Shown one piece after another: positions 9,111 to 18,291 of a stretch of 64,000 nt of DNA. The DNA lies in the IMG/VR virus record IMGVR_UViG_3300042894_007411, one strand, 5' to 3'. A program made the position numbers and the translations under genes. Numbering within the stretch: position 1 is the stretch's first letter; the number at the start of each line of letters is the position of its first letter. This DNA comes from a virus. Taxonomy: Duplodnaviria; Heunggongvirae; Uroviricota; Caudoviricetes. The notes under the pieces were generated by a model, which worked only from the letters and a program-made list of their open reading frames with translations, ran no database searches and was not told where the DNA came from.

Positions 9111-9339
9111 AAATAAAGGGACTGGTTACCCCTTAAGTACCGTTTTCCCGGTTGACGATCTTTCTGTTCACACCATGCCACTTTTTTTAGGCATTACAGT
9201 GACTGGTTGTTCCCTACTCCAACTACCAGAAAGATCTCGTTGAAAGCAAGGCCGGGTCTAAAAATGGAAAGCAATAACTTTCCAAATGAACCATTTTCCA
9301 TTTTCAGTCTCCCGACTGAAGATGATGATTTTTCCAAAA

Positions 9340-9351
9340 TGTCAAAGAACA
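9340..9351 (-). promoter_or_regulatory. boxA-like antitermination signal TGTTCTTTGACA
   Basis: Close to rRNA-operon boxA (TGCTCTTTAACA); lies at the 5' end of the leftward RNA cluster. Confidence 0.5.
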
Positions 9352-9361
9352 AAATCTTTAG

Positions 9362-9432
9362 TAGCGGGTGGGGGTAACGCTCCCCCTACACACCTTGGGT
9401 TATGAGCCCAGGCTGCTACTAAGCTACCCGCA
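9362..9432 (-). tRNA. degenerate initiator tRNA-fMet(CAU)
   Basis: 1:72 mismatch (U:U), GCGGGT/ACCCGC stem, TGGG-CTCATAA-CCCA with three G-C pairs; D-arm and T-loop (GAGCGTT) non-canonical. Confidence 0.65.
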
Positions 9433-9444
9433 TAAATATCTATC

Positions 9445-9852
9445 TTACCACCATGAATCGTACCAAATTGTGAATCCTTCCTTTAATGCCTGTGATGCCT
9501 TTTCTAGAAATTCAATGTCTTTCTCCTTCATTTCATCAGACGACTTACCAAAATTAAAACCTTCAGTAATGGGAAGTTCATCATCAATAACCAAAGCACC
9601 AATCCTATCTAAATCTTCCTGGGTAAGTTTGACAGGAGTACAGTTGAAATGATTTTCTTTACCTCCCTTTTCCCTGTAAATTTTTTCCATCAAACCATGA
9701 AGATTTGGATGGTTTCTCCAGTGAAAAAATTTTTCTGGTTTATGAATGGTTCCATCATTTTCCACAAGGAAATCTATTTCTTCATGGAAATCGACAGTGT
9801 TAGAAGGTTTGAATTCCTTCATTTTATAAACATACATATCTAATCCACCCAT
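9445..9852 (-). CDS. conserved hypothetical phage protein (GLDMY...WRNHPNLHG...YDSWW)
   Basis: 135-aa ORF downstream of an N25 promoter. Confidence 0.85.
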   Translation of the reverse strand: MGGLDMYVYKMKEFKPSNTVDFHEEIDFLVENDGTIHKPEKFFHWRNHPNLHGLMEKIYREKGGKENHFNCTPVKLTQEDLDRIGALVIDDELPITEGFNFGKSSDEMKEKDIEFLEKASQALKEGFTIWYDSWW

Positions 9853-9948
9853 ACTTTGTTTTTGTTTTGTGAAAGCAAATTTATGTAAAGAATCGAAATT
9901 AAAAAAATTAAACCTCTGTTTTTAAACCGGAAAATTTCAAAAATGTTT

Positions 9949-10149
9949 CTACTTTTTTTTCAGTAATCCAAATAAAACAATTACACCCAAAACAAAAAAA
10001 GCAAATTGTGAAAAGGAAATCCCAGACTCAATTCCTGCCAATTCTGTTAATAGCCAGTAGAAAAATCCAATTACTAAAATATTCCACAATAAAATTAGTA
10101 GTCCTGCTAGAACTACTAATTTAATGAAACAGCCAATCAAATCACTCAT
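9949..10149 (-). CDS. small membrane protein
   Basis: Two hydrophobic helices. Confidence 0.7.
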   Translation of the reverse strand: MSDLIGCFIKLVVLAGLLILLWNILVIGFFYWLLTELAGIESGISFSQFAFFVLGVIVLFGLLKKK

Positions 10150-10592
10150 TTGATTTCTCCTTTTCTGAAGTAAAATGGGTTTTCCATTCCAGGTGATTTT
10201 TTGATTTTGTCCAACATGTGATTGTTGAATTCAATTGCAGATTCAAATTCTGGAACATTCAATTTTTCTGATTCCACCCATTCGAAGGGTAGAACCATCA
10301 TTCTGGTTGCCAGTTGGGTTTTTTCCCAGAATTTGGTGACAACATTTTCCTGCTTTGAAAAACCATCAGCTGGAGAATTGAGGTAGGCATGAAGCTGAGA
10401 TGGATTGTTGGGTTTGATGATTGCAAACATTCCTTTCATAACTCCATACATAGATTCATGAACCAAACCAACCAAAACCTTGTCTCCATTCTTGGCAAGT
10501 TCTCCAAGAAGCAATTCGATAGGGGTTGGTTGATAGGTTTGACCTGAATTGTCGTTGACAATTACTGTTTGTGGTTTTTGGTTTTTGTTCAT
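10146..10592 (-). CDS. hypothetical protein
   Basis: 148-aa ORF, 4-bp overlap with the next gene. Confidence 0.8.
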   Translation of the reverse strand: MNKNQKPQTVIVNDNSGQTYQPTPIELLLGELAKNGDKVLVGLVHESMYGVMKGMFAIIKPNNPSQLHAYLNSPADGFSKQENVVTKFWEKTQLATRMMVLPFEWVESEKLNVPEFESAIEFNNHMLDKIKKSPGMENPFYFRKGEIK

Positions 10593-10662
10593 AAGTGGTT
10601 GTTTTTAGTAAAAGCAAATGTACAATAATTCTTAGAAAAGTAAAAATGAAACCTCATTTTTT

Positions 10663-11439
10663 TCAAATCCCCAATTCTGCAAAATCATGAATTGTTGTAC
10701 CTACTTCCTCCCCAAATACTTCTTGAATAGTTTTTAGTTCCCCATATGGAATATCCATATTATAAACAGAGATGCTATAATAAAATTCCCGATCTTCTTT
10801 GAATCCCATCTCATAAGTGAATGAATTGATTTTTTTCTCGGGTTTACTTTGGTATCTCTTCCACAATTTAAATTTGGGGTTTAGAGGTTCAACCCTCACA
10901 TATTTGGAACCAGCTGAAACAACTTTAAAAACATCTCCAAGTTCATATCTTGGTCTGTAAGAATCTTTGGAAATTAAACACAATGACCCAACCTTAAATT
11001 TCTCTTTTGCTGATTGTATTTTAGTATTCAATACTTTGTCGATTGGTAAAAAAATAATACTGTTAGCAGAAATCGTAACATTTACATTTGGTTCATCCAC
11101 CAAATAACCTTTAACACACAAATTCGATTTACTTCTCACACACATTTTATACCCGTGTTTGGAAAAAGAGGGAGAGTTAATTTGAATTATTTCACCTGGT
11201 TTTACTAATTTGTAATTGATAGCACCAATGATATTTTGATTAATTTCAGTTCTAGTAGCAACAAAATACTCTTGATAACCATACACAATTTTAGGAATCT
11301 CTAATTTTACATCTTCCATCAGAATTTCCAAAATATGGGGCGCATAACCATAGATAGCAGGTAATTCTGCTTCAAATTTTTCCCTTGTAGGTTCAAACCT
11401 AACAATGTTACGTGCTAATGAAAGTCTAGTTCTAGGCAT
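10663..11439 (-). CDS. hypothetical protein
   Basis: 258-aa ORF downstream of an N25 promoter. Confidence 0.8.
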   Translation of the reverse strand: MPRTRLSLARNIVRFEPTREKFEAELPAIYGYAPHILEILMEDVKLEIPKIVYGYQEYFVATRTEINQNIIGAINYKLVKPGEIIQINSPSFSKHGYKMCVRSKSNLCVKGYLVDEPNVNVTISANSIIFLPIDKVLNTKIQSAKEKFKVGSLCLISKDSYRPRYELGDVFKVVSAGSKYVRVEPLNPKFKLWKRYQSKPEKKINSFTYEMGFKEDREFYYSISVYNMDIPYGELKTIQEVFGEEVGTTIHDFAELGI

Positions 11440-11491
11440 AAGATTTAATACCGTAAGAATAAAAGAATCAAGTGAACAAAAAAAATGAAAC

Positions 11492-11725
11492 CTATCTTCT
11501 ATTTCTAAATACTCCCACCAAAATTAAAAACACTACCATAAAGAAAATCACATATTCTCTATCCTCTGGTTTGTTTTCAATTGCCGCTTGTATCACAATC
11601 CAAACTGATTTTCCAATTAATTGGATAACATACCAAAAGAATTTAGCAATATCTCCAAATAGGGGAACATTGATTATAACATACCCAAAGGCAAAAAAAA
11701 CCAACAACCTAAATGCTTGATTCAT
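11492..11725 (-). CDS. small membrane protein
   Basis: Hydrophobic 77-aa ORF. Confidence 0.65.
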   Translation of the reverse strand: MNQAFRLLVFFAFGYVIINVPLFGDIAKFFWYVIQLIGKSVWIVIQAAIENKPEDREYVIFFMVVFLILVGVFRNRR

Positions 11726-11727
11726 TT

Positions 11728-11994
11728 TTATTTGGTTTGGGTTTTCTTTAACCTTTCCTTCTTGGCCTTCTCCCTTCTTGCTATCCAGGCGAATTCAGCA
11801 TTAACCCTCTTCATTTCCCGATCTGCTGCCTTCTGAAAAACGGTGGAATTAAAGGTTGATTTTTGGGGTGTTGGTTTGGGTTGATTCCTTTCGTTTTCGA
11901 TTTGGGTCCAACGTAAAACTGGATCTTGGGTAACCTGTTGGGCAAAGGTTTGGATACAACAGATAAGGCAGAGGAAAAAAAGAGATGCTTTCAT
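11728..11994 (-). CDS. hypothetical protein with signal peptide
   Basis: MKASLFFLCLICCIQTFA N-terminus. Confidence 0.65.
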   Translation of the reverse strand: MKASLFFLCLICCIQTFAQQVTQDPVLRWTQIENERNQPKPTPQKSTFNSTVFQKAADREMKRVNAEFAWIARREKAKKERLKKTQTK

Positions 11995-12041
11995 AGGGTT
12001 GGGTTTCGCGAGCGCTGAGTATGTTAGTAATATAGTATGTT

Positions 12042-12617
12042 TTAAAATGTGTTGTTGTCAATTTGGGATTTCTCTTCCGTGTTTATCTTCGTAACTTCCT
12101 CGTCTTCGTAAGAAATTCTAATTTCAGCTTCTCCGTATTTCACAGAGGTAATTTCAAGTAAAATAGAACCACCGGGTATATTCCAATTGTACAAACAAAC
12201 TACCTTGTCAAGATTAAGAGCCAACATCTCGTGACCATCTCCTTCTTCATAAGGGTTTCTAAAATAGAAATATTGATCGGAATGTGCACCGTATTTTTTG
12301 GTGAAAATTTCGATGTATTTATTCAAGGAAGCCTTGGTGTCATACCAATCTGTATGAGTCTCGGCTACCACTAAAAATTTCCAAACCAATTTTGATTTGG
12401 GAGTTGAAACTGTGTAAATCTTACCGGTTTTTCCGCCGAAAGTACCTTCCCAGGTAATAACATTACCTTTGGATGATTTTTGAACAAATCCCTTTGCAAT
12501 AAAGTTTTTCTTTGTGATTTCCAAACTTTCTCCTACCCTCATGCCGTTAAACTCGACTTGAGAGTGTGAAAGAAATGGAATTAGAAAAAGAAGAGGGATT
12601 AAAAGAAATTTTTTCAT
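12042..12617 (-). CDS. exported protein with signal peptide
   Basis: MKKFLLIPLLFLIPFLSHS-QVEFNG, Bacteroidota-style exported protein. Confidence 0.8.
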   Translation of the reverse strand: MKKFLLIPLLFLIPFLSHSQVEFNGMRVGESLEITKKNFIAKGFVQKSSKGNVITWEGTFGGKTGKIYTVSTPKSKLVWKFLVVAETHTDWYDTKASLNKYIEIFTKKYGAHSDQYFYFRNPYEEGDGHEMLALNLDKVVCLYNWNIPGGSILLEITSVKYGEAEIRISYEDEEVTKINTEEKSQIDNNTF

Positions 12618-12641
12618 GGGTTTGTGATTTGGAAATTAAAG

Positions 12642-12995
12642 TTAAAGTGAATATGACGATTCTTGGTTGGCAAAATAACCAACCTCCTGTAATTCTGTGA
12701 TTGCTGCCTGGTCCCATTTATCGGGAAGACCAGATTCGATTTTCAACATCCACTCAACGTGCTCCTCTTTGTCCTCATCATAAACAAGGGCCAGGTCAAG
12801 ATAAGTGCCAAAGTCGTGGGGACAATGTAAGGTTTTGAATCGTGCTCCTTCGGGAGGAACACCATGAATTCGAAGTAACTGCCGGGTAAATGCCTGGACT
12901 TCTTGTCTTGCCCTGGTGGAATAATTTTCAGAGCCAATTTGGGCACATTCCTCTTCGTGAGGAACTGTGGTTGCTAATTCTAGAGTTTCTAACAT
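12642..12995 (-). CDS. conserved hypothetical phage protein (CPHDFGTY motif)
   Basis: Start MLETLE at 12995 downstream of an N25 promoter. Confidence 0.8.
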   Translation of the reverse strand: MLETLELATTVPHEEECAQIGSENYSTRARQEVQAFTRQLLRIHGVPPEGARFKTLHCPHDFGTYLDLALVYDEDKEEHVEWMLKIESGLPDKWDQAAITELQEVGYFANQESSYSL

Positions 12996-13092
12996 GTGTG
13001 TGTTTTTATGAAGGTAAATGTACAAATAAACTGGGAAACAAAAAAACGAAACCCTACAAAACTAGGGATTTTTAATCAATATTTTAAGAACA

Positions 13093-13800
13093 TTAATTAA
13101 TAATAAATTTACTGAAATTACTGAATGATGTTTCAAAGTATTCATCTTCAAAGTATTTATTTGAATATTCATTTTTTTCATATGGAACATAAAATCTAAC
13201 ATCTTCATTTTCCATTTTTCTTATAGGAAAAATATAAGTTGTATTATGTACATATTTTGGATAATTTAATTCATTTTGTATTAGGTCCAAAAATAAGGTT
13301 TCTTCATATTCTTCATAATATGATCCTAATTCTACTGTTAGTTGTGTTTTTAAATCTAGATTAGTCTTTATATTTTTAAGTTTATTATATTCAGTTTCTT
13401 CAAAAATATAACCATACATAGTTTTAAATTCTCTCCAATTATACATTATTTCCTTATATTCATAATTACCATTCCATTTTTCAACTAATATAACATAATA
13501 TCTAATATCTTTGTAAATTAAAACTTTAGTTTGGATTGATATAAAATTTTGTTCATTATTTTTAGACATCATATAAGAACCTTGTAAATTACTCCAAGTT
13601 TCTTTCCATTTTTTATCTTCACAAATAACATTCTTATAATCAATCCATTCTCCAATTGTATGGTTATAAGACCAACCAATTGATGATGTTAATTGAAAGG
13701 AAGAGTCAATAAATTTCAATTTTTGTCTATTAACCCTATCTTGAGCTAAAGTTAATAACGAAAGAAAAATAAAAAAAATTGTTAAAATTTTGTGTTTCAT
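13093..13800 (-). CDS. exported protein with signal peptide (AT-rich, host-like)
   Basis: MKHKILTIFFIFLSLLTLA-Q; 235 aa. Confidence 0.8.
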   Translation of the reverse strand: MKHKILTIFFIFLSLLTLAQDRVNRQKLKFIDSSFQLTSSIGWSYNHTIGEWIDYKNVICEDKKWKETWSNLQGSYMMSKNNEQNFISIQTKVLIYKDIRYYVILVEKWNGNYEYKEIMYNWREFKTMYGYIFEETEYNKLKNIKTNLDLKTQLTVELGSYYEEYEETLFLDLIQNELNYPKYVHNTTYIFPIRKMENEDVRFYVPYEKNEYSNKYFEDEYFETSFSNFSKFIIN

Positions 13801-13829
13801 GAATTCTCGTTTTTTTAAAATCCCTTTTT

Positions 13830-14045
13830 TTACATGTCTCTTTCTTCTAGAAAAGCTTGAATTTCTTCCACCAAAGCTGGATCCTCAATGGAAAAACCAT
13901 CTTTGTCTCTTAACTGAAAATCTATGACCTTTCCTTTTTCATTCAACCATTCCTTATAGATAAGCTTTCCTTTAGAATCTTGAAGGATGAAGGTTTCTTC
14001 AGTAATAGGACCTGAAGTGTCGTGATTCAAAATTTCAAATCTCAT
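13830..14045 (-). CDS. hypothetical protein
   Basis: 71-aa ORF; promoter region nearly identical to 12996-13055. Confidence 0.75.
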   Translation of the reverse strand: MRFEILNHDTSGPITEETFILQDSKGKLIYKEWLNEKGKVIDFQLRDKDGFSIEDPALVEEIQAFLEERDM

Positions 14046-14109
14046 GAGTGTGTGTTTTTATGAAGGTAAATGTACAAATAAACTGGGAATCAAAAAAACG
14101 AAACCCCGT

Positions 14110-14421
14110 TTATAATTTTACAAGTTTAAATTTTTCACCACCAATTACGATTTCTTTATCTTCACAAGGTTTAGGCCGATTATCTATGATTTTACCTTTT
14201 GAATCCTCGTAGTAGATTCTATTACCTTGAGAATCCCACTCCTGCTTTGACCAATATCCATTTGAATTCTCAAAGTAGATTAATTTACCTTGAGAATTCC
14301 ATTCCTTCTTTGCCCAAAATCCACCTGAACCCTCAAAGTAGATTTCTTTGCCATTCTTGTCTAGTATTGCCAAGTTTCCATTGGTCTTGAAGTCCCATTT
14401 GATTTGTTGTGCTATTGTCAT
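14110..14421 (-). CDS. beta-hairpin repeat protein, array copy 5
   Basis: MTIAQQIKWDFKTNG...(YxENSxGxWxKxExDSxGN)n...RPKPCE.KEIVIGGEKFKLVK. Confidence 0.85.
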   Translation of the reverse strand: MTIAQQIKWDFKTNGNLAILDKNGKEIYFEGSGGFWAKKEWNSQGKLIYFENSNGYWSKQEWDSQGNRIYYEDSKGKIIDNRPKPCEDKEIVIGGEKFKLVKL

Positions 14422-14666
14422 ACTTTTACAAGTTTAAATTTTTCACCACCGATTACAATCTCTTTACCTTCACAGGGTTTGGGTCGTTTGTCTATGATGT
14501 AACCATCTGAATCCTCATAGTAAATTCTATTACCTTGAGAATTGTATTCACGCTTTGTCCAACCTCCATTTGAATTCTCCCAGTAGATTACTTTACCATT
14601 CTTGTCTTTGACTACCAATTCACCATTGGTCTTAAAATCCCATTTGATTTGTTGTGCAATTGTCAT
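14418..14666 (-). CDS. beta-hairpin repeat protein, array copy 4
   Basis: Same termini, one repeat unit; ATGA-coupled. Confidence 0.85.
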   Translation of the reverse strand: MTIAQQIKWDFKTNGELVVKDKNGKVIYWENSNGGWTKREYNSQGNRIYYEDSDGYIIDKRPKPCEGKEIVIGGEKFKLVKV

Positions 14667-14977
14667 ACTTTCACGAGTTTAAATTTTTCACCACCAAATT
14701 CTACAATCTTACCTTCACAGGTTTTAGGTCGGTTGTCTATGATTAGACCATCTGAATCCCCAAAGTAGATTTGATTACCTTTAGAATCGTATTCACACTT
14801 TTCCCAATCCCCATGTGAATTCTCCCAGTAGATTAATCTACCTTGAGAATCGTATTCATACTTTACCCAAAGTCCAGTTGAATCCTCAGAGTAGATTACT
14901 CTACCATTCTTGTCTTGGATATCCAAGGAACCATTGGTCTCAAAATCCCATTTGATTTGTTGTGCGATTGTTTTTAT
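14663..14977 (-). CDS. beta-hairpin repeat protein, array copy 3 (ATG mutated to ATA)
   Basis: In-frame (I)KTIAQQIKWDFETNG upstream of the called TTG start. Confidence 0.7.
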   Translation of the reverse strand: MKTIAQQIKWDFETNGSLDIQDKNGRVIYSEDSTGLWVKYEYDSQGRLIYWENSHGDWEKCEYDSKGNQIYFGDSDGLIIDNRPKTCEGKIVEFGGEKFKLVKV

Positions 14978-15348
14978 ACTTTTACAAGTTTAAATTTTTC
15001 ACCACCGATTAGGATTTCTTTACCTTCACAGGGTTTGGGTCGTTTGTCTATAATTCCACCATTTGAATTCTCGTAGTAGAGTTCATTGCCTTGAGAATCC
15101 CGTTCATACTTTGCCCAATCACCATTTGAATTCTCTATGTAGATTCTATTTCCTTTGGAATCCAGTTCCCTCTTTACCCAAAATCCACCTGAATTTTCAT
15201 AGTAGATTTCATTTCCTTGGGAATCGTATTCTCGTTTTGCCCAATCCCCAAATGAATTCTCCCAGTAGATTCTATTACCATTCTTGTCTTTGATTGTCAA
15301 TTTACCATTGGTCTTGAAATCCCATTTGATTTGTTGTGCTATTGTCAT
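14974..15348 (-). CDS. beta-hairpin repeat protein, array copy 2
   Basis: Three repeat units. Confidence 0.85.
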   Translation of the reverse strand: MTIAQQIKWDFKTNGKLTIKDKNGNRIYWENSFGDWAKREYDSQGNEIYYENSGGFWVKRELDSKGNRIYIENSNGDWAKYERDSQGNELYYENSNGGIIDKRPKPCEGKEILIGGEKFKLVKV

Positions 15349-15659
15349 ACTTTCACAAGTTTAAATTTTTCACCACCAAATTCTACTATCTTACCTTCGC
15401 AAGACTTGGGTCGTTTGTCTTTAATTAGACCATCTGAATTCTCAAAGTAGATTTGATTGCCTCCAGAATCGTATTCATACTTTGCCCAAAATCCATCTGA
15501 ATTCTCAAAGTAGATTACTTTTCCTCGAGAATCGTATTCACGCTTTAACCAATACCCAGTTGAATCCTCAGAGTAGATTGGGTTACCATTCTTGTCTTTG
15601 ATTTCCAAGGGGCCATTGGTGAAATCCCATTTGATTTGTTGTCCTATTGTTTGGTTCAT
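15345..15659 (-). CDS. beta-hairpin repeat protein, array copy 1
   Basis: Start MNQTIG at 15659 downstream of an N25 promoter. Confidence 0.85.
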   Translation of the reverse strand: MNQTIGQQIKWDFTNGPLEIKDKNGNPIYSEDSTGYWLKREYDSRGKVIYFENSDGFWAKYEYDSGGNQIYFENSDGLIKDKRPKSCEGKIVEFGGEKFKLVKV

Positions 15660-15762
15660 TTTCGGATTTTTACAAAGGTAAATGTAAGAATAAAAGGGGA
15701 AACAAAAAAACGAAACACACAAAAAGTCTTGAATTTAACTTCATCAAAAATTGGATTGTTTT

Positions 15763-16185
15763 TTACATATCAATAGAGAAACAATGGTTCCAATCATCTT
15801 TTGATGGATTTTCAGAATAAAACCATGAACCATTACGGAAAAGAAAAATATTAATTGGTCTAAATAAGTCACAATAAAACAAAAATTCATTCATGTTTTC
15901 GAAAACCTTGGCTTCTGTTCCAGTTTCTCCCTTATCTCTTTTATATGCAACTGTAATACCTACAGCGGGATTTTCAAAATCGTGTGATTGACCTTGTTCA
16001 GGAGACAATTTCTTCTCAAGATAAGATAAATCTCCTAACCCCAAAATTTGAGATGCTGCAAGTAATGAGTTGTAGTGGGTGTGAAGCATGTGACCCAATG
16101 CTTCTGTCTGACCAAATTTAGAACAGTATATCGCCTCAATAGTTCCATTTGGCATTTCAACACCTATAACTGAATGGTTTTGCAT
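15763..16185 (-). CDS. conserved hypothetical phage protein (IYC...LGxMLxxHY...YxRDKGE)
   Basis: 140-aa ORF. Confidence 0.8.
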   Translation of the reverse strand: MQNHSVIGVEMPNGTIEAIYCSKFGQTEALGHMLHTHYNSLLAASQILGLGDLSYLEKKLSPEQGQSHDFENPAVGITVAYKRDKGETGTEAKVFENMNEFLFYCDLFRPINIFLFRNGSWFYSENPSKDDWNHCFSIDM

Positions 16186-16289
16186 AATTATATTTTATTA
16201 ATGAGCCAAATGTAGAAAACAAAATTGGATCAAAAAAATTAAACCCCACAAAAAACCCGGTTTGAAGACCGGGTTATTTTGGATTGGAT

Positions 16290-16796
16290 TTAAACAACTT
16301 TGAAAATCAATGTTATTCTTGGATTCATAAACATTCCAGATCCAGATACAACTGCTTTACAGTGATTTAAGAATTCTGGTGTGTATTTTCTCTTATCCGG
16401 GTCTTCTAAAACCTCTTCACATTGATCTTTTTCAATCTCTGGATTTTCATTAAAGTTATTTATAAAATCTTCCAATTCCCTTTTGAAATCCTCTGGTGAG
16501 ATTGAAGGATCTGCTGCAAATATTACCATTCCATTATCACGTTGACTAAGATTCATACCATTTTGGTCACCCCCAATTATTTCTTCAACACCTTGTTCAA
16601 GGTCTAATGTTTCGCCAGGGGTTGAACCTTCTAAATCACGCAGTTTTTGAGAGGGATTAGTGTGATAGGTTACCATATAAGTGTTAGGTTGTGTCCAATC
16701 AATGGGGGAACCGTCTTTTGTGAGTTTTGAAAAATCACCAGTTGCTGTGATAATTGGATTGGTTCCAAAATTTTCGAATAATTTAATGTGTTTCAT
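16290..16796 (-). CDS. MKHIKLFENF-type protein (putative virion internal protein)
   Basis: N-terminal motif; GATATATA box at 16813-16820. Confidence 0.8.
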   Translation of the reverse strand: MKHIKLFENFGTNPIITATGDFSKLTKDGSPIDWTQPNTYMVTYHTNPSQKLRDLEGSTPGETLDLEQGVEEIIGGDQNGMNLSQRDNGMVIFAADPSISPEDFKRELEDFINNFNENPEIEKDQCEEVLEDPDKRKYTPEFLNHCKAVVSGSGMFMNPRITLIFKVV

Positions 16797-16850
16797 TTTT
16801 TTGTTTTTTTTTTATATATCTAAATGTGAGGAAGAATTTTTGGTTGGTTT

Positions 16851-17225
16851 CTATTTCAGATTCTTGGCAATAACTTCCCATTGATTTAAAATCTCTTCCA
16901 TCATATTTGTGCCATTTTTCAAAATTGCGTAGTAGCATTCTTCATATCTCAGTTCCTCAAGATTCTCCTCCAATTCACTCACAGATTTAACCAAACCATG
17001 TGAAAGATTTTCCAAAAAATTTTCCCAATTTCTTTCAATGGGTGCATTGTTGTAGGATTTCACTTGTTCTAGGGTTTTCTGCCATACAGATTCTTCTGCT
17101 TCTTGCAAAGTTAGAAAAGTTCCAACCGGATCTTTCTCACCCCTATATAAATTGTAGTACATAACAAGGAATGGTCCTGAATTAGATGAAGCCCCAAAAT
17201 TTTCGAATAATTCTACGTGTTTCAT
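16851..17225 (-). CDS. MKHVELFENF-type protein
   Basis: N-terminal motif; GATATATA box at 17241-17248. Confidence 0.8.
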   Translation of the reverse strand: MKHVELFENFGASSNSGPFLVMYYNLYRGEKDPVGTFLTLQEAEESVWQKTLEQVKSYNNAPIERNWENFLENLSHGLVKSVSELEENLEELRYEECYYAILKNGTNMMEEILNQWEVIAKNLK

Positions 17226-17410
17226 TTTTTATTTTTTTTTTATATATCTAAATGTAAGAAAAAATTTTGGAGCAAAAAAACCAAACCCCACAAAAAACCC
17301 GGTTTGAAGACCGGGTTCTTAATTTTTGTATTTTAAAGTTTTGTTTTTTAATTTAAGTTCTCGTTAGCACTGCGTATATACGCAAAACGTTATAAGTAAT
17401 AAAACAAAAA

Positions 17411-17827
17411 TTATGAGTTTATTATATTAATTAACGATTTCTTACAATTTTCAATAACTTCATTTGAGACATATTCATCTTTGTATGTTTTTAATTCGTC
17501 CAGGTAGAATTTTGATAATTCTTTTAACCCTTCATCCGAAGTTAGAAATCTATAACCGATCCTTCCAAGTTCATAATCAAAATCATTATCACCCTGATTT
17601 ATTTTAATAAACTTAATTAAGAAATCTTTATCAAAATTACCTTCATTTGGTTTTACTTTATATCGTTGAACTCCACCATATAATCCTTCGTATATGGATT
17701 CAAATAAATCATGAATTCCCATCATACCTGTAAAAAAATCAATAATAATATTATTATAATTCATACTTTCTTGTTTTAGTTGTTCGTTAATAAACTGACT
17801 TAGAGTTCTTTTAATATTCTTTTTCAT
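17411..17827 (-). CDS. hypothetical protein (…LSQFINE N-terminus)
   Basis: 138 aa; an attC-like right half-site ends at about 17396. Confidence 0.75.
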   Translation of the reverse strand: MKKNIKRTLSQFINEQLKQESMNYNNIIIDFFTGMMGIHDLFESIYEGLYGGVQRYKVKPNEGNFDKDFLIKFIKINQGDNDFDYELGRIGYRFLTSDEGLKELSKFYLDELKTYKDEYVSNEVIENCKKSLINIINS

Positions 17828-17860
17828 ATTTATTATTTTTATATGTATAGTTTTAATTTT

Positions 17861-18208
17861 TTACCCACCCACTTTTGAAATAGATGTTTTAGTTGCCCCA
17901 CATTTAAAACCATCATCAAAAATCAAATTTACCATAGCACTATCATTTTTACCTCGTTCTACCCAAGTTACAGTTGCTATATCACCAGATAATGCCTTAT
18001 CATATAACCCATCATGTTGTCCAGCCATATGTATTTCTCTTTTAAAATGTTTGCCTAACGCTTTTTTCATCATTTTTTCGTAGCTTTCCATTTGATTTTT
18101 AATGATTTCAGGATTGACTAAAACCTTATCACCTTTTTTAAAATCAGTAGTTATTTCTTCATTCAAGAATTGTTGCCAGTTCTTTACTTTGTTTATTTGT
18201 TCTCCCAT
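17861..18208 (-). CDS. hypothetical protein, SH3/KOW-like (…WQQFLNE N-terminus)
   Basis: FKKGDKVLV motif; GATACATA box at 18232-18239. Confidence 0.75.
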   Translation of the reverse strand: MGEQINKVKNWQQFLNEEITTDFKKGDKVLVNPEIIKNQMESYEKMMKKALGKHFKREIHMAGQHDGLYDKALSGDIATVTWVERGKNDSAMVNLIFDDGFKCGATKTSISKVGG

Positions 18209-18291
18209 TTTTTGCTATTATTTTTATTTTTTATGTATCTAAATGTAATTAAGAATTTTTGACCAAAAAAATCAAACCCCATTTTTACAAT

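Noticed and set aside
9445-9852. Metabolic-enzyme label sometimes attached to this small phage family
   Set aside because: At 135 aa with no recognisable catalytic motifs it is left as hypothetical.
10663-10700. C-terminal DFAELGI as another copy of the SGFDELGLF tag
   Set aside because: Only a partial match, in an early-type gene without the leader or late box; may be chance.
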